Source: Eledone cirrhosa (lineage: Eukaryota). From it: a stretch of 64,000 nt of DNA. The stretch is from assembly GCA_964016885.1 (NCBI GenBank), contig OZ024747.1, positions 34,658,001 to 34,722,000 of the forward strand, read 5' to 3'. Numbering within the stretch: position 1 is the stretch's first letter; the number at the start of each line of letters is the position of its first letter. Positions 1 to 13,918 of this stretch are shown here, one piece after another. The notes beneath the pieces were generated by a model, which saw only the letters and a list, made by a program, of their open reading frames with translations, did not search any database and was not told the DNA's origin. Both the position numbers and the translations under genes were made by a program.

Positions 1-506
1 CACACATACACACACACATACACACATACACACACACACACATATATATATATAAATGAATTGAGAGGGACGTGGCTGTGTGGTTACTGATAATGATTGT
101 TAGAAAATAAAGGGACAAAAACAGTTGTCTACTGCAGTTTCCAAATGTTTCAGCGCATTATGGGAAATAGATTTATCCGTAACGTGCTCCTAGCTTTTTA
201 TCTATCACAAAGCTATGAGGGAAAGAAGCGATAGCCACGAGAGAGAGAAAGGAAAAAAATGAAAAAGGAAGAAAACATCCCGATATATTTATATATATAT
301 ATATATATATATTCAGGTTTGAGGTTCACCACTGTATAGAGCTGGTCTATTCCGTATGGTCAATCGTAATGCAATAATATAGAGAGTACTCAACGTAAAG
401 CAGTTCAACCGTCTTTGTGTTTGTAGTTGGTGGTGCTATTACGGAGTTAAATATTATAATGAAATGACAGGAGGCTGGATTTGTGTAAATCCTTGAAAGG
501 TTTATT

Positions 507-564
507 ATACTATGATCATTTCAATGACCGGGTTCCGTATGAATCCGGTGATATCATCAGGTAT
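507..564 (-). ncRNA. Type I hammerhead ribozyme motif
   Basis: Reverse complement of the motif at 4577-4634. Confidence 0.75.
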
Positions 565-3500
565 TCGAAATATAATACGTGAATGCAATAGGTAAAATCC
601 ATGGGGCTGAAAATCGGGACCCGAGGGCGACCGCTATTCTGTTCCTTCAACCTTAGCCGGTCGCCCTGGAGTGACGTGGCTAAATTTTATAGTATGCTAC
701 TACCGGTCAGATGAACGAAAACAGAAAGAGATGGGAGCATAGGTTAACGTCGATCCCATGACACAAGGTAAAAGAAAGAAAGAAATGAAGGAGAAGAAGG
801 GGGAAGAAAGAAGAAGAGAAGTCAGGGTTAATGTCAGCTAAAAGAGGAAGGTAACTACTACTGGTCAGATATAGGCAAGCAAGAGGGGGAAGGAAGATAA
901 GTCTGCGGGAGGGGGAGAGGAGAGAAGGAAGGGAAGGGAGAAGTAGAAAAGTAAGGGTTGATGGCTACAAGAAGGAAGATAGAAAGGAAGAGGAAGAAAG
1001 GTCGATATTAATGTCAGACCACAGTCAAGCCAGGAGTGGCGCGAGAAAATTTTAACAGGGACCCGCATCTTAGCGGAGATGAATATATTGGGAGTCAGTG
1101 TTTTACAGTGTTTAGACTTCTAGGATGAAGTTAAAAAAAATTTAATAATCAATATTCAATATTAAAGAGGTTAGAAAATTTAAAGTTCAACAGTTTAACA
1201 ATTAATTATATAATAGTTCCGATTTGTTCTGTAATTTAAAGGTACTATTTGGCGGTTAAAACAACGGCCGCGCCCCGGGCCCAATGGCGAATTAAGCCAC
1301 GCCGAGTATTTTCATTTACTGAATGAAGGGGAAATTTATTTTTCCAAGCACTCCAGGTGAGCTCGTTCGCCAGGGAGCTGGTCGCGCCGCCATTAAAACC
1401 CACCCAACAGTCCGACAGAAAGTTGGAACTTTAAAATTTAGCTTAGAGAAGTAAAAGAGTAATGGTTGATAGCTACAAGAAGGAAGATAGAAAGAGAGAG
1501 GAAGGAAGGTCGATATTAATGTCACACCACAGTCGGGCCAGGAGTGGCGCGACAAAATTTTCACAGGGACTCGCATCTTAGCAGAGGTGAATATACTGGG
1601 GGTCAGTGTGTTACAATGTTTAGACTTATAGGATGAAGTTAAAAAATTAATAAATTAATAATCAATATTCCATATTAAAGAGGTTAGAAAACTTAAAGCT
1701 CAACAGTTTCAGGTTGATATATATAATAGTTCCGATTTGTTCTGTAATTTAAAGGTACTATTTGGCGGTCAAAACACTGGCCGCGCCCCGGGCCCCATGG
1801 CTAATTAAGCCACGCCGAGTATTTTCATTTACTGAAAGAAGGGGAATTTATTTTTCCAAGCACTCCAGGTGAGCCCGTTCGCCAGGGAGCTGGTCGCGCC
1901 GCCGCTAAAACCCACCCAACGGTCCGACAGAAAGTTGGAACTTTAGAATTTTGCTTAACTCTATCGGATGAAGTTGAAAGAATTCAGAATAACATTATGA
2001 AAATAAGGAGTAAGAGGATTGAGAATTGAACAAACAGAAAATTGAAGATTCGACATTCAAATAACTTCTATGAGGTTTTGGGTTGCGGGGTTTAATTAAA
2101 TAGTCTTTTATGAAGAAACGTTAATTGTATTATGTAGATCTGTAATTTATCCTAGTGGGATGTTGAGTACGGGATATAGTCGTGTAATGTTTAATTTTTG
2201 TTCTCAGGAGGAGACATTCTAGTGTCGTGTGCTAATGGGTACAGGTCCCAATGTGAGGGGTAGAAATACATGGATACATAGAAGTGGAATACGTGGAAGA
2301 GCACATTGGTACAGCAGAGGTATAAATATATAAACATATCAATATATAGGTATAAACATGTAAATAAACCAACAAGAGTGGTGTTGGAGTAAGATGGAGA
2401 AATCAGGACATTAATACAGCAAACAAAGATGTGAAGATATAGATAAACAAACAATAGTCGTTGTCTAGTAAGTGTAGAGTTCAAGAGACAGGAGAAATAC
2501 AATATAGTTCAGGTTGCGGTATTTATGTTCCCAGGGGGAAATATTCCAGTGACATGTGCTGAGGGTACACGCGAGTAAAAGTCCGAATAAGGGAAGTAGA
2601 AAGTACATGGATGTATAGAGGTAGAATACGTGGAGGAGCATTAATACAGCAAATAAAGATGTAAAGATATAAATAAACAAACAAGAGTCGTTGTCTATTA
2701 AATGGAGAGTTCAGGACACAGGAGAAATACAATATAGTTCAAGTTGCAGTCAGATAATGCATATAGATGTGGAAACAGTGCGTGTTCGAGGCTGGGAGTT
2801 CAGTGTGAGTTATACATGCCTAGAAGTATAGGGTAGCCATTTAGTTAATTCAGTGCAGTACAATACATGTTATGGTCCAGTCCGTGGAGTTTCGTCGAAG
2901 TTCGGATATTCTGTGAGGGGAGTAGCAAAGGGCCAGGCGAAAGCACCGGGTAGCCAAAGTTCGAATTGTGGTTAGATATATTCAGTCCCATGCCGCTGTT
3001 GATTATTACATTTTGAAGTGCTCAACATTTCAGGAGCGTTATTTATTCAGGTTTGAGGTTCACCACTGTATAGAAGTTATTTGAATGTCGAATCTTCAAT
3101 TTTCTGTTTGTTCAATTCTCAATCCTCTTACTCCTTAGTTTCATAATGTTATTCTGAATTCTTTCAACTTCATCCGATAGAGTTAAGCAAAATTCTAAAG
3201 TTCCAAGTTTCTGTCGGACCGTTGGGTGGGTTTTAGCGGCGGCGCGACCAGCTCCCTGGCGAACGGGCTCACCTGGAGTGCTTGGAAAAATAAATTCCCC
3301 TTCTTTCAGTAAATGAAAATACTCGGCGTGGCTTAATTAGCCATGGGGCCCGGGGCGCGGCCGGTGTTTTAACCGCCAAATAGTACCTTTAAATTACAGA
3401 ACAAATCGGAACTATTATATATATCAACCTGAAACTGTTGAGCTTTAAGTTTTCTAACCTCTTTAATATGGAATATTGATTATTAATTTATTAATTTTTT

Positions 3501-4576
3501 AACTTCATCCTATAAGTCTAAACATTGTAACACACTGACCCCCAGTATATTCACCTCTGCTAAGATGCGAGTCCCTGTGAAAATTTTGTCGCGCCACTCC
3601 TGGCCCGACTGTGGTGTGACATTAATATCGACCTTCCTTCCTCTCTCTTTCTATCTTCCTTCTTGTAGCTATCAACCATTACTCTTTTACTTCTCTAAGC
3701 TAAATTTTAAAGTTCCAACTTTCTGTCGGACTGTTGGGTGGGTTTTAATGGCGGCGCGACCAGCTCCCTGGCGAACGAGCTCACCTGGAGTGCTTGGAAA
3801 AATAAATTTCCCCTTCTTTCAGTAAATGAAAATACTCGGCGTGGCTTAATTCGCCATGGGGCCCGGGGCGCGGCCGTTGTTTTAATCGCCAAATAGTACC
3901 TTTAAATTACAGAACAAATCGGAACTATTATATAATTAATTGTTAAACTGTTGAACTTTAAATTTTCTAACCTCTTTAATATTGAATATTGATTATTAAA
4001 TTTTTTTTAACTTCATCCTAGAAGTCTAAACACTGTAAAACACTGACTCCCAATATATTCATCTCCGCTAAGATGCCGGTCCCTGTGAAAATTTTCTCGC
4101 GCCACTCCTGACTTGACTGTGGTCTGACATTAATATCGACCTTTCTTCCTCTTCCTTTCTATCTTCCTTCTTGTAGCCATCAACCCTTACTTTTCTACTT
4201 CTCCCTTCCCTTCCTTCTCTCCTCTCCCCCTCCCGCAGACTTATCTTCCTTCCCCCTCTTGCTTGCCTATATCTGACCAGTAGTAGTTACCTTCCTCTTT
4301 TAGCTGACATTAACCCTGACTTCTCTTCTTCTTTCTTCCCCCTTCTTCTCCTTCCTTTCTTTCTTTCTTTTACCTTGTGTCATGGGATCGACGTTAACCT
4401 ATGCTCCCATCTCTTTCTGTTTTCGTTCATCTGACCGGTAGTAGCATACTATAAAATTTAGCCACGTCACTCCAGGGCGACCGGCTAAGGTTGAAGGAAC
4501 AGAATAGCGGTCGCCCTCGGGTCCCGATTTTCAGCCCCATGGATTTTACCTATTGCATTCACGTATTATATTTCGA

Positions 4577-4634
4577 ATACCTGATGATATCACCGGATTC
4601 ATACGGAACCCGGTCATTGAAATGATCATAGTAT
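4577..4634 (+). ncRNA. Type I hammerhead ribozyme motif
   Basis: ATAC-CTGATGA-[ACCGG..CCGGT stem II]-GAAA-TGATCA (palindrome)-TA-GTAT, followed directly by AATAAA. Confidence 0.75.
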
Positions 4635-4682
4635 AATAAACCTTTCAAGGATTTACACAAATCCAGCCTCCTGTCATTTCAT

Positions 4683-4738
<56 letters not shown>

Positions 4739-4783
4739 GTGAAGTATAACATGGTCAACAGTACAAACAAGGAGATATATTTT

Positions 4784-4892
4784 CAGTCTAACAATTGTTT
4801 CCATGATAGAGTTGTCTAGAAATTGCTAAATACTGAAGACAGCATAACTCAATTTACAATATATGCAACCTCCATCATTTCATCAGAAACTG
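4784..4892 (-). ncRNA. Type I hammerhead ribozyme motif with long stem II
   Basis: Minus strand CAGTTT-CTGATGA-a-ATGATGGAGGTTG..CAACTCTATCAT-g-GAAA-CAATTG-TT-AGACTG. Confidence 0.7.
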
Positions 4893-5744
4893 ATAAGAAA
4901 TACAAAATACACGCGTAACGGTAAAATTATAAATTCAAATTACTACATTAATAATAGTGTTAATGAAACAGAAATAAAGGAAGGGGGGGGGCAGATGGAA
5001 AGGAGAGGGGAAAAACAGAACGGTGAAAGAGAGAACGAATATATAGTTAAATGTATAATCGGCAAAGTTACCAAATCAAACTATCACATCAAAATAAATA
5101 TAATATTAATAATAAAGATACAGATAGAAAGAAAGAAGGGGGATGTAGTAAAGGCAGAGAAAAAAAGAAGGATGAATAAGGAAGAGGAGAAAGATATAGA
5201 GGAAGATTAAGAAGGAGGATGGATATTAATCATTGATGAGTACGGGATAGGAAGGAGAGAAAAAGGAAGATAAATAGACGGACGATGCAGGGATGAAAGC
5301 AAATAAGAAATAGAGATTTAAGCAGAGTTAAATAAATAAATAAATAAATAAAAGGATAGATAAATAGATAAATAAATAGATAGATGAATAAATAAACATT
5401 TTACACCTATTGTTATATAAAATGGTATAATATGTGAAATGTAGAAACGAGAATAAATAAATAAATAAATAATTGGATATTTAAATTAGCTAATTTGAGA
5501 TGTATTACATGATAGGATATTACATGATTAGGATAAAATGATCGAGATGAAATAGGTTTAAGTGAAGAAATGCAAAGACAAATGGTGAAATATGTAGGTA
5601 TATAAGATAATATATGATGTAAACACAAATAAAATGTAAATACAAATGTTCTGAAGTTGTTCTTTGGTAATTATAAAGTTAGTGATAATTTGATATTGTA
5701 ATAGATACTAAAGGTATAAAAAGGGATAAGGAATAGAAATTAGA

Positions 5745-5990
5745 GTTAAGCCGGTCTAAAGTTCATGAATTTCGTTGCTGATTTGTGCCGGCAAAAGATA
5801 GTTAGTTCAATTCTACTGTTAAAAAGGGTTATATTGAAATTAAGAATTTGGAAAAGCTCCATATTACAGAGCCTACAATGGGACATACCAGTTTGATAGG
5901 CCTTAGCTTGGACAGTATTGACCAACTGATCTCGTATTCAATGCCTGCATTCCTGAGTTGCCAGATTTTGTTGGCAAGAGTTGTTGTATT
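5745..5990 (-). pseudogene. PLE GIY-YIG endonuclease C-terminal fragment
   Basis: TTLANKIWQLRNAGIEYEISWSILS, then after a frameshift CRLC..NSRIELTIFCRHK; same family pattern as 60381-60902. Confidence 0.7.
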
Positions 5991-6732
5991 TGAAATCTGG
6001 CAACTCAGGAATGCAGGCATTGAATACGAGATCAGTTGTCTTTGCATTTCTCCACTTAAACCTATTTCATCTCGATCATTTTATCCGATCATGTAATACA
6101 TCTCAAATTAGCTAATTTAAATAGCCAATTATTTATTTATTTATTTATTATTTATTTATTTATTCTCGTCTCTACGTTTCACATATTATACCATTTTATA
6201 TAACAATAGATTTAAATTGTTTATTCATCTATCTATTTATTTATCAATTTATCTATCCTTTTATTTATTTATCTCATTGCTTAAATCTCTATTTCATATT
6301 TGCTTTCATCCCTGCAGTAATGTATATTCGTCCGCCTGTTTATCTTCCCTTTTCTCTCCTTCTTATCCCGTACTCATCAATAATTATTATCCTTCCGTGC
6401 TTCCTTCCTCCTTCTTAATCTTCCTCTATCTCTTTCTCCTCTTCCTTATTGATCCTTCTTTTTCTTCTCTGCTTTACTACATCCCCCTTCTTTCTTTCTA
6501 TCTGTATATTTATGATTAATATTATATTTATTTTGGTGTGATAGTTTGATTTCGTAAATTTGCCGGTTATACACTTAACTATATCTTCGTTCTCTCTTTC
6601 GCCGTTCTTCTTCTGTTCCCCTCTCCTTTACATCTGTCCCCCTTCCTTTATTTCTTATTCATTAACCCTATTGTTGATGTAGTAATTTGAATTTATAAGT
6701 TTACCGTTACGCATGTATTTTGTATTTCTTAT

Positions 6733-6832
6733 CAGTTTCTGATGAAATGATGAAGGTTGCATGTATTTTAAATTGAGTTATGCTGTATTCAGTGTTTAGC
6801 AATTTCTAGACATGGAAACAATTGTTAGGCTG
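6733..6832 (+). ncRNA. Type I hammerhead motif, stem II partly deleted
   Basis: CAGTTT-CTGATGA..GAAA-CAATTG-TT-AGGCTG then AATAAA; lacks 9 nt of the stem II 3' arm seen in the minus copy. Confidence 0.55.
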
Positions 6833-7046
6833 TAAATAAATCTCCTTGTTTGTACTGTTGCCCATGTTATTCTTCATGTTTTTATAACTCCAATATATAT
6901 TTACATAGGGATACAAATGAAGTCATAAACTCGTCACCCACGTAAATCTCTTGTTGAGTCAAACAGCACCGTACGCTTAAACTGTCCATGATAAATAGTT
7001 TTCACAGACCCTTATCGGATTACCTTTAACGATTTATTGTTATCCT

Positions 7047-7704
<658 letters not shown>

Positions 7705-10700
7705 TGTTCTTTGAGTCTCAGTCATTGATGTTAGTTAACTGGAAAGTTGGTTGAAATGAATATCAAGGCACTAGATTCAGCCTCAGATATTCAGGACGTA
7801 TCGCAGTGTTCTTGCTGTTCCCAGCAAGCATGCCTTTTGAAGTGTTCCAAAAAGCAGGGCGGGGCCAATTTTCTTTAACCATCCCTGGAAACTTTTTGAG
7901 ATTGTACCTAGTGCGCCTATGACAATCGGGACCACTTTGACTTCATGGCAGTTCCAAATCCTTTTTACCCCCCACTTTAAGTCCTGGTATCGGTTAATTT
8001 TCTCCCTCTCCTTCTCTTGCACTCTCATGTCGAATGGGCAGGCCACATCCTCACTCAGGCACAATCTTTTTCCTTGTCCAAAACCACCAGTTCAGATCTA
8101 TTTTGTTCCAGTTTCTTGTCCGTCTGTATCCTAAAATCCCACAGCACCTTCACCTGATCGTTTTCTATCACCGACTCTGGCTTATGCTCATACCACTTCT
8201 CAGAATGTGGTAAATTGTTTACTTTGCATAGGTGCCAGTGGACCACCCTGCCCATCACATCATGTCTCCAGCCTTTATAGTGAGTCTGGGCTAGGTGTTT
8301 ACACTCGGATACAATGTGAGCCACATTCTCCTCTCTCTCCTCCTTGTAAATGTGGTGTTTCAGCCTCTTCGTTTTGAGGGCCTGCTCTTGCGCAGCCATT
8401 AGCATTCCTTCTGTAGCCTTTTTAAGGTCTCCTCTTTTCAACCAGATCCATATCTGTGGATCTCTGAATTCCGTTCTTTCAAAGAAGGTACTATGAAGGG
8501 ATTTTTTATGAATGCTGCTCTTTCTCCTTGTTGTTATTTCCTCCTTGGACATCCCCTGGTCTATTGTCCTCTCCTTCAGTACAATTCTGAGCATTGGCTC
8601 CCTATTATCAGTCACGTATTTCTGTAGGTTGTTTTTCTCCATCTGAACACGTTATTCTATGCAGATAAGACCTCTTCCACCTTCAGATATCCTTAAGTAG
8701 AGTCTATCGACAACACTCCTCTTGTGGAACTTGTTGTAGATAGTCAATAGTTTCCTAGTCTTCCTATCCATTTCTTTTTGTTCAGCAACATTTCATCTCA
8801 GATTTCCCGCACTGTACCTAATAATAGACACAGCTCGGGAATTTACTGCAATTATGGCATTCCTACTGTTCAGATGTGACTTTAATACGCTCCTTATTCT
8901 CCGAATGTATTCAGATCTTATCAATTCCTTCATTATTTCATTCTTGATGTCATCAACCTCCAGAATACCAAAATACTGTTATCCTTCTTCAGTGTCAATT
9001 TCCTTTATCATCTCAGCTGTTGGTAACTGGATTTCGTTGATTCTGCTCAATTTACCCCACTTCATCACAAGGCCTCCACAATTATTAATACCAAATTGCA
9101 TACGTATATCATTGCTGAAAATACGGACAGTGTCAACAAGCACATCCAACTCCTTCTCACCCTTCTCGAAGAGCTTAAGATCGTCCATGAAGAGGAGGTG
9201 ATTGATGGTAAGCTCTCCTTTCCCAACTTGTATCCTGCTCTCACTTCTCGCAGTATAATGGTCAGGGGCATCAGGGCAAGGACAAACAACAGAGGGGACA
9301 GACTATCTCGCTGGAAGATACCTCTCTTGATCTTCACGCCTCCCAAGGATTCTCCAGCTGATGTTAACTCTGTTTTCCAGGACATCATACGTTTGCTCAA
9401 CAACTGTCTGATGTTATCTGCCACCTTGAAGACCTCTAGGCTTTTGGTGATCTAAGAATGAGGCAACATGTCAAATGCCTTTTTGTAGTCTATCCATCCC
9501 ATGGCAAGACCAGTGTGTCTCCTCTTGCAATTCCTCATTACCATCTTACCAATAAGTTCCACGGGACTTCTTTCGGTTCCTTTCTGTTCTTCCGGTAACA
9601 AATTGTTTGTGTGGAGGTGATGGTAGATTTCCTCAGACACAATGCTTGTCAACAGTTTCCACATTACGGACAGACATGTGATAGGTCTATAGTTGGTAAC
9701 ATCATTACCCTTGATTTGGTCTTTAAGTACAGAACTGTGGTACCTTTTGTCAACCACTCTTGTACCTCACCTGACATCAAGCAGTCATTGAACATGGTTG
9801 TCAGTTTCGGGTGGAGGGATGTTATATTTTTAATCCAATACACCTGCACACAATCTGGGCCTGGTGATTTCAAGTTGGTTAGTTTTTTAGCCTGCCCCTT
9901 AAGAATTTCAACTGTGATACTCAAATCAGTTTGTTGGTGTGCCTGTTCACTAATCTCCTTTTGTACTGTCTCAATCCACACTGACTGGACATTATGTTTC
10001 ACATTCTGCTCCGATATTCCTCTCCAGAATGTCTTAGTTTGTTCCGCCACAGGGATCAAGTCGTTGTCTCTTTCTTTCGCTTCAAGCTGTCCAAACAACA
10101 TCTTCTGGCTGTAGTCAAACATGCGGTTCTGTCTATACTGACTGACTCTGCTCTCGTATCGCCTAATATTTGCACTCTTGGCTACAATCCGTTGCTTCAG
10201 TTCCTCTATGATAATATTTAGCTTTTTCCTCCTAGTTTTTTTTTAATTTCCAGTTTATTTTTAGTGTCTCTGTTTTTTAGTGTCCCATTTAGTAAGGACT
10301 CAAGCTTTCCAATGTCATTTCTCATTTCCCTGATTTGACTATTCAGTCGTTTCTTCCACCAAGGTTCTGATTTTTCTTGTTTGTTGTTTCCTCTCGCTTA
10401 TATGCCAAGTACTTTACTCACCGCATTTGCTGTTGCTTTGAGGATATTGTTGCACTGATGAAGGCTCCTCGCCTCAAGGTATGGGATAACTTTGTTTACC
10501 TTAGCTGTTGTTTCTTTTAACTCTTTCCTGTCTACAAATCTTAGGTTCATAGGTTTCCCACTATCATTGTTCATTTCATCTATCACTAAGTTTATGGATA
10601 TCAACCAATTCTTGTCCTACCCGTCAGCATTCATCTCCTCAATGACCGTATCTTTGTTCAAAGTATTATTTATTTAAGTATTGGATTGGCAGTATCGGTA

Positions 10701-12151
10701 GAGGGTCGGACGCCATGCTTTGACGGATATTATTACGGCCCTTACCATTCTGTGTTCAAATCCCGCCGAGGTTAACTTTGCCTTTCATCCTTATGGGGTC
10801 GATAAAATAAAGTACCAGTAATACACTGGGTAATTGCTGGCCTTGTGCCAAATGTAGAAACAATTATTTATTTCTACATTCAGATCATTGTCTGCTTCGG
10901 ATGGCTCCTCCGTTCTCTCAACCTCTTCACCTTCATTTCCCTCTGGTTCGTTTGCCTGGCATACTCCACTCTCCATTTCCAACCTAATCTCTCTGCTCAG
11001 TTCCTTCAGTTCCAGCTCGCTTAACCACCCATTAGTTCTTATTACCCGAGCCTGCCCGGCTAATTTTTGTTCATCTAATTTAAATAGATCAATCTCGTTC
11101 CAGATGCTATGCATCCGTTTTCTATAGCCTTTTTCCCTGGGGTTACTCTTCAGGTAACATTCCATGACAGTTCTATTAAATTATTTCGTCCAGTTGGCTC
11201 TTGTCCCTGTCCTTCTTCTTTTTCTAACACCAGCAGTATTTGGATGACAGCCAGGTCCCTGCTGCTGAGCCAGGGAGCACCTGCTGGGTGAGAGTCTGTC
11301 ACATGACATTTTAGTCTCCACTTCACCGTTATTCGAACTGTTTAGGTTCGACATTTAAACACACTTATCGAGGATTGGTGAATGTATGGTTACATAACCA
11401 CCGGTGATTTCATCACCTCCGGTGATTTGATCACCCTCGGTGATTTTAGTGTTGCACTATCACGCTGTAGACGAACATAAATAAACAAACAATCAAATAA
11501 GTAAAAGCAAACCAAAATATGCATAAGTTTTATTGTAATGTAATGTTTGAATGTCTGACTTAGTATATTTGCTTGTCTGTCTGTCTGTTTGTTTTTCTTT
11601 TCTTTTTTTCTTTTCTTTACGTTTTTCGTTGCTGCTGTTTTTATTTTTATTTTTGATTTTTTGATTTTTTGACCGGGTCATCAAATCAGTCTATTTATAT
11701 GTTTTGATGCCTTCCTCATTTAGTGGAAGTACTACGATGCCTGTCTTAGCAGGAGGTAGTGGGAGAGAATAGCGGCGGTAGCGATAAAGAGGCAGTGGTG
11801 GTGATGATGTGATCGTAGTACTGTAGTGATGGTGTTGAAGTTGAAGTAGAAATAGAAGTTGCGGTAACTTGACTAGAGTTTTTGGCGTGGTAGTGGTGAT
11901 GGTGGCGGCGGTGGTGTTGGTGGTGAAATTATTTGCCTGTCTGTCCACTTAGACATTTTTCTCTTTTTCGACTATAACATTTCTGATCCAAAATTAACTA
12001 TTAAATATTGGGGCCCTATGCCGTAATATGATGCGTTGTCGCTTGCTGAGGGTCAACACTGTAATCTTATATTTCATTTGTAATAAGAATTATTCTATCC
12101 CAGTTATTTTAAATAAGTAAAAATCAAAACTTACGGGAGCGATTCCATAAC
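7705..12151 (-). mobile_element. Near full-length decayed R4/Dong-like non-LTR retrotransposon (RT + CCHC + restriction-like endonuclease)
   Basis: Broken ORF from about 11354 to 7783: YRPITCL, WIDYKKAFD, GIFQRDSLSPLLF, LFMDDLKL, HIVSEC..RHD, WDFRIQTD, DVACPFD; 3' end abuts (AAT)n; 5' region shared with the copy starting at 43003. Confidence 0.9.
10679..10866 (+). mobile_element. tRNA-derived SINE (Nin/Deu-like core) nested in the LINE
   Basis: A box TGGCAGTATCGG, B box GTTCAAATCC, core GCCTTTCATCCTT..GGTCGATAAAATAAAGTACCAG; TTATTTATTT duplicated on both sides. Confidence 0.85.
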
Positions 12152-12427
12152 GATATATATCCACCTCTTGCATAACTATGAGGCTCCGGACTGATTCCTT
12201 GTAATTTTATTTTCAACCTAAAAACTTTTCGGAGTTTCGCAGTTATCTCCCTTACACCTCTCGCACGCAGTCTAGTATTGCCTGCGTGAAGTGACTGGGT
12301 TTCTGCGCATGCGCGTTCGCACGGTTGTCCTTCCTGTGCTTATAACCATGCCCAAGATCCGCTAAGGTGAAACAATTGTTCTCGGTAGGTTGAACTAACT
12401 GTTGTGTAACCACTTCTATATATATAG

Positions 12428-12492
<65 letters not shown>

Positions 12493-12511
12493 CATATATA
12501 TAGTTAGCTGT

Positions 12512-12550
12512 CGGAGCTGAAGATCTGCTAAAGTGAAACAATTGTTCTAG
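12512..12550 (+). ncRNA. Weak/degenerate minimal hammerhead motif
   Basis: CTGAAGA-tctgctaaagt-GAAA-CAATTG-TT; stem I pairs poorly; partial direct repeat at about 12353-12410. Confidence 0.35.
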
Positions 12551-12641
12551 GTATGGTGAACTAACTGATGTGTTACAACTTATATATATATATATATATA
12601 TATAATATAAGATCAAAAGATGGTTAAAGGAGTTCCATATA

Positions 12642-12708
12642 TTTTATTATGCGCATTTCAAAAACAAACATCATCAAACAATAATATTTGTGTTTTCATC
12701 AGATAAAA
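12642..12708 (-). ncRNA. Type I hammerhead ribozyme motif
   Basis: Minus strand TTTTAT-CTGATGA-AAACACAAAT..GTTTGTTTTT-GAAA-TGCGCA-TA-ATAAAA. Confidence 0.8.
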
Positions 12709-12830
12709 CAGGAGAACATGATATGAAGGCTAAAAAACACTTGTTGATAGTGCAGTTTTAAATCAATATATGTTGATTTAAAACTGCACTATCAACAAGT
12801 GTTTTTTAGCCTTCATATCATGTTCTCCTG

Positions 12831-12897
12831 TTTTATCTGATGAAAACACAAATATTATTGTTTGATGATGTTTGTTTTTGAAATGCGTATAATAAAA
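12831..12897 (+). ncRNA. Type I hammerhead ribozyme motif
   Basis: TTTTAT-CTGATGA..GAAA-TGCGTA-TA-ATAAAA. Confidence 0.75.
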
Positions 12898-13023
12898 TAT
12901 ATGGAACTCCTTTAACCATCTTTTGATCTTATATTATGCATACTCCAGTCCCACAAACTGTAGAGTGCTTCTTATCCGATATCTGCATTGCTTTATTGTA
13001 CTACAATAAAACTCACCTCCTAC

Positions 13024-13098
<75 letters not shown>

Positions 13099-13139
13099 GA
13101 TATTAAATAAATGGAAACTATATTTATAAAACCATATTT

Positions 13140-13203
13140 ATTTCGTTATATATATTTCAGGGATATCATATTAACAATATGCTATGCCTTCCTCAGACAA
13201 AAT
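13140..13203 (-). ncRNA. Type I hammerhead ribozyme motif
   Basis: Reverse complement of 13855-13918. Confidence 0.75.
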
Positions 13204-13854
13204 ACAATATAAACAGTTTTATAGATAAATAGATTTGACATACCGTACAACATCGACTTGTATTTGAAAAGTTGAATTGGCAGTGAAAAAATTGTAAACA
13301 GAAAGAAAGAAAGAGAGAAAAAAAATATATTTTCAATATAGTGCCTGGTTTTTATACATATTTTTTATACATATTAATACTTCTACATTAAAACATAGGG
13401 TTTTTATGCCTCGCCTATGTCTGGTTACTTTTCATTTTTCTCTCTATATAACTGCTGGTTTCTCTCCTAACCACATATATCTCCCTTACATTAATACTAG
13501 AGCTAAATAAATAAATAAATAAATAAATGTATCATTGATACGTTTACTCAACGGATGTCCAACTACATATTTTCTATATATATATCTATCTCTATCTATT
13601 TCCTCTCTCTATATATATCTCTCTCTGTTTCTTTACATGAAGTTCTTCTCTTTATCTATCTTTCCATCTCTCTATTTTGTTCCATGCATTTCTTCTTTTT
13701 CTTCTTTTTCTTCGTTTTCTGTCTTTCTTTCTTTTTTTTCTCTCTTTCTTTCTTTCTGTTTACAATTTTTTTCACTGCCAATTCAACTTTTCAAATACAA
13801 GTCGATGTTGTACGGTATGTCAAATCTATTTATCTATAAAACTGTTTATATTGT

Positions 13855-13918
13855 ATTTTGTCTGAGGAAGGCATAGCATATTGTTAATATGATATCCCTG
13901 AAATATATATAACGAAAT
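13855..13918 (+). ncRNA. Type I hammerhead ribozyme motif
   Basis: ATTTTGT-CTGAGGA-AGG..CATATT gtt AATATG..CCT-GAAA-TATATA-TA-ACGAAAT, overlapping AATAAA. Confidence 0.75.

Larger units (their letters stand above)
311..4688. mobile_element. Non-autonomous fold-back element (PLE/retrozyme-like) with ~1.6 kb inverted arms, flanked by (TA)n
   Basis: 455-2070 is a near-perfect reverse complement of 3071-4686; each arm has an internal ~490 bp duplication; 311-340 is directly repeated at 3045-3074; hammerhead near each outer end. Confidence 0.8.
4733..7040. mobile_element. Truncated Penelope-like element with inverted ~850 bp arms, flanked by (TA)n
   Basis: About 4735-5580 is the reverse complement of about 6036-6885; the core holds a frameshifted GIY-YIG C-terminus on the minus strand. 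Confidence 0.8.
12602..13025. mobile_element. Small palindromic hammerhead-bearing element in (TA)n
   Basis: Near-perfect palindrome 12602-12938 centred near 12770, plus a unique ~90 bp right tail; second copy at 14052-14488. Confidence 0.8.

Noticed and set aside
122-152. Minus-strand GAAA-CTGCAG-TA resembling a hammerhead 3' half
   Set aside because: No CTGANGA or matching stem I is found upstream
1316-3825. Nearly identical 86 aa ORFs on opposite strands (1316-1576 and 3565-3825)
   Set aside because: They result from the inverted duplication, have no recognisable domain, and the internal paralog diverges
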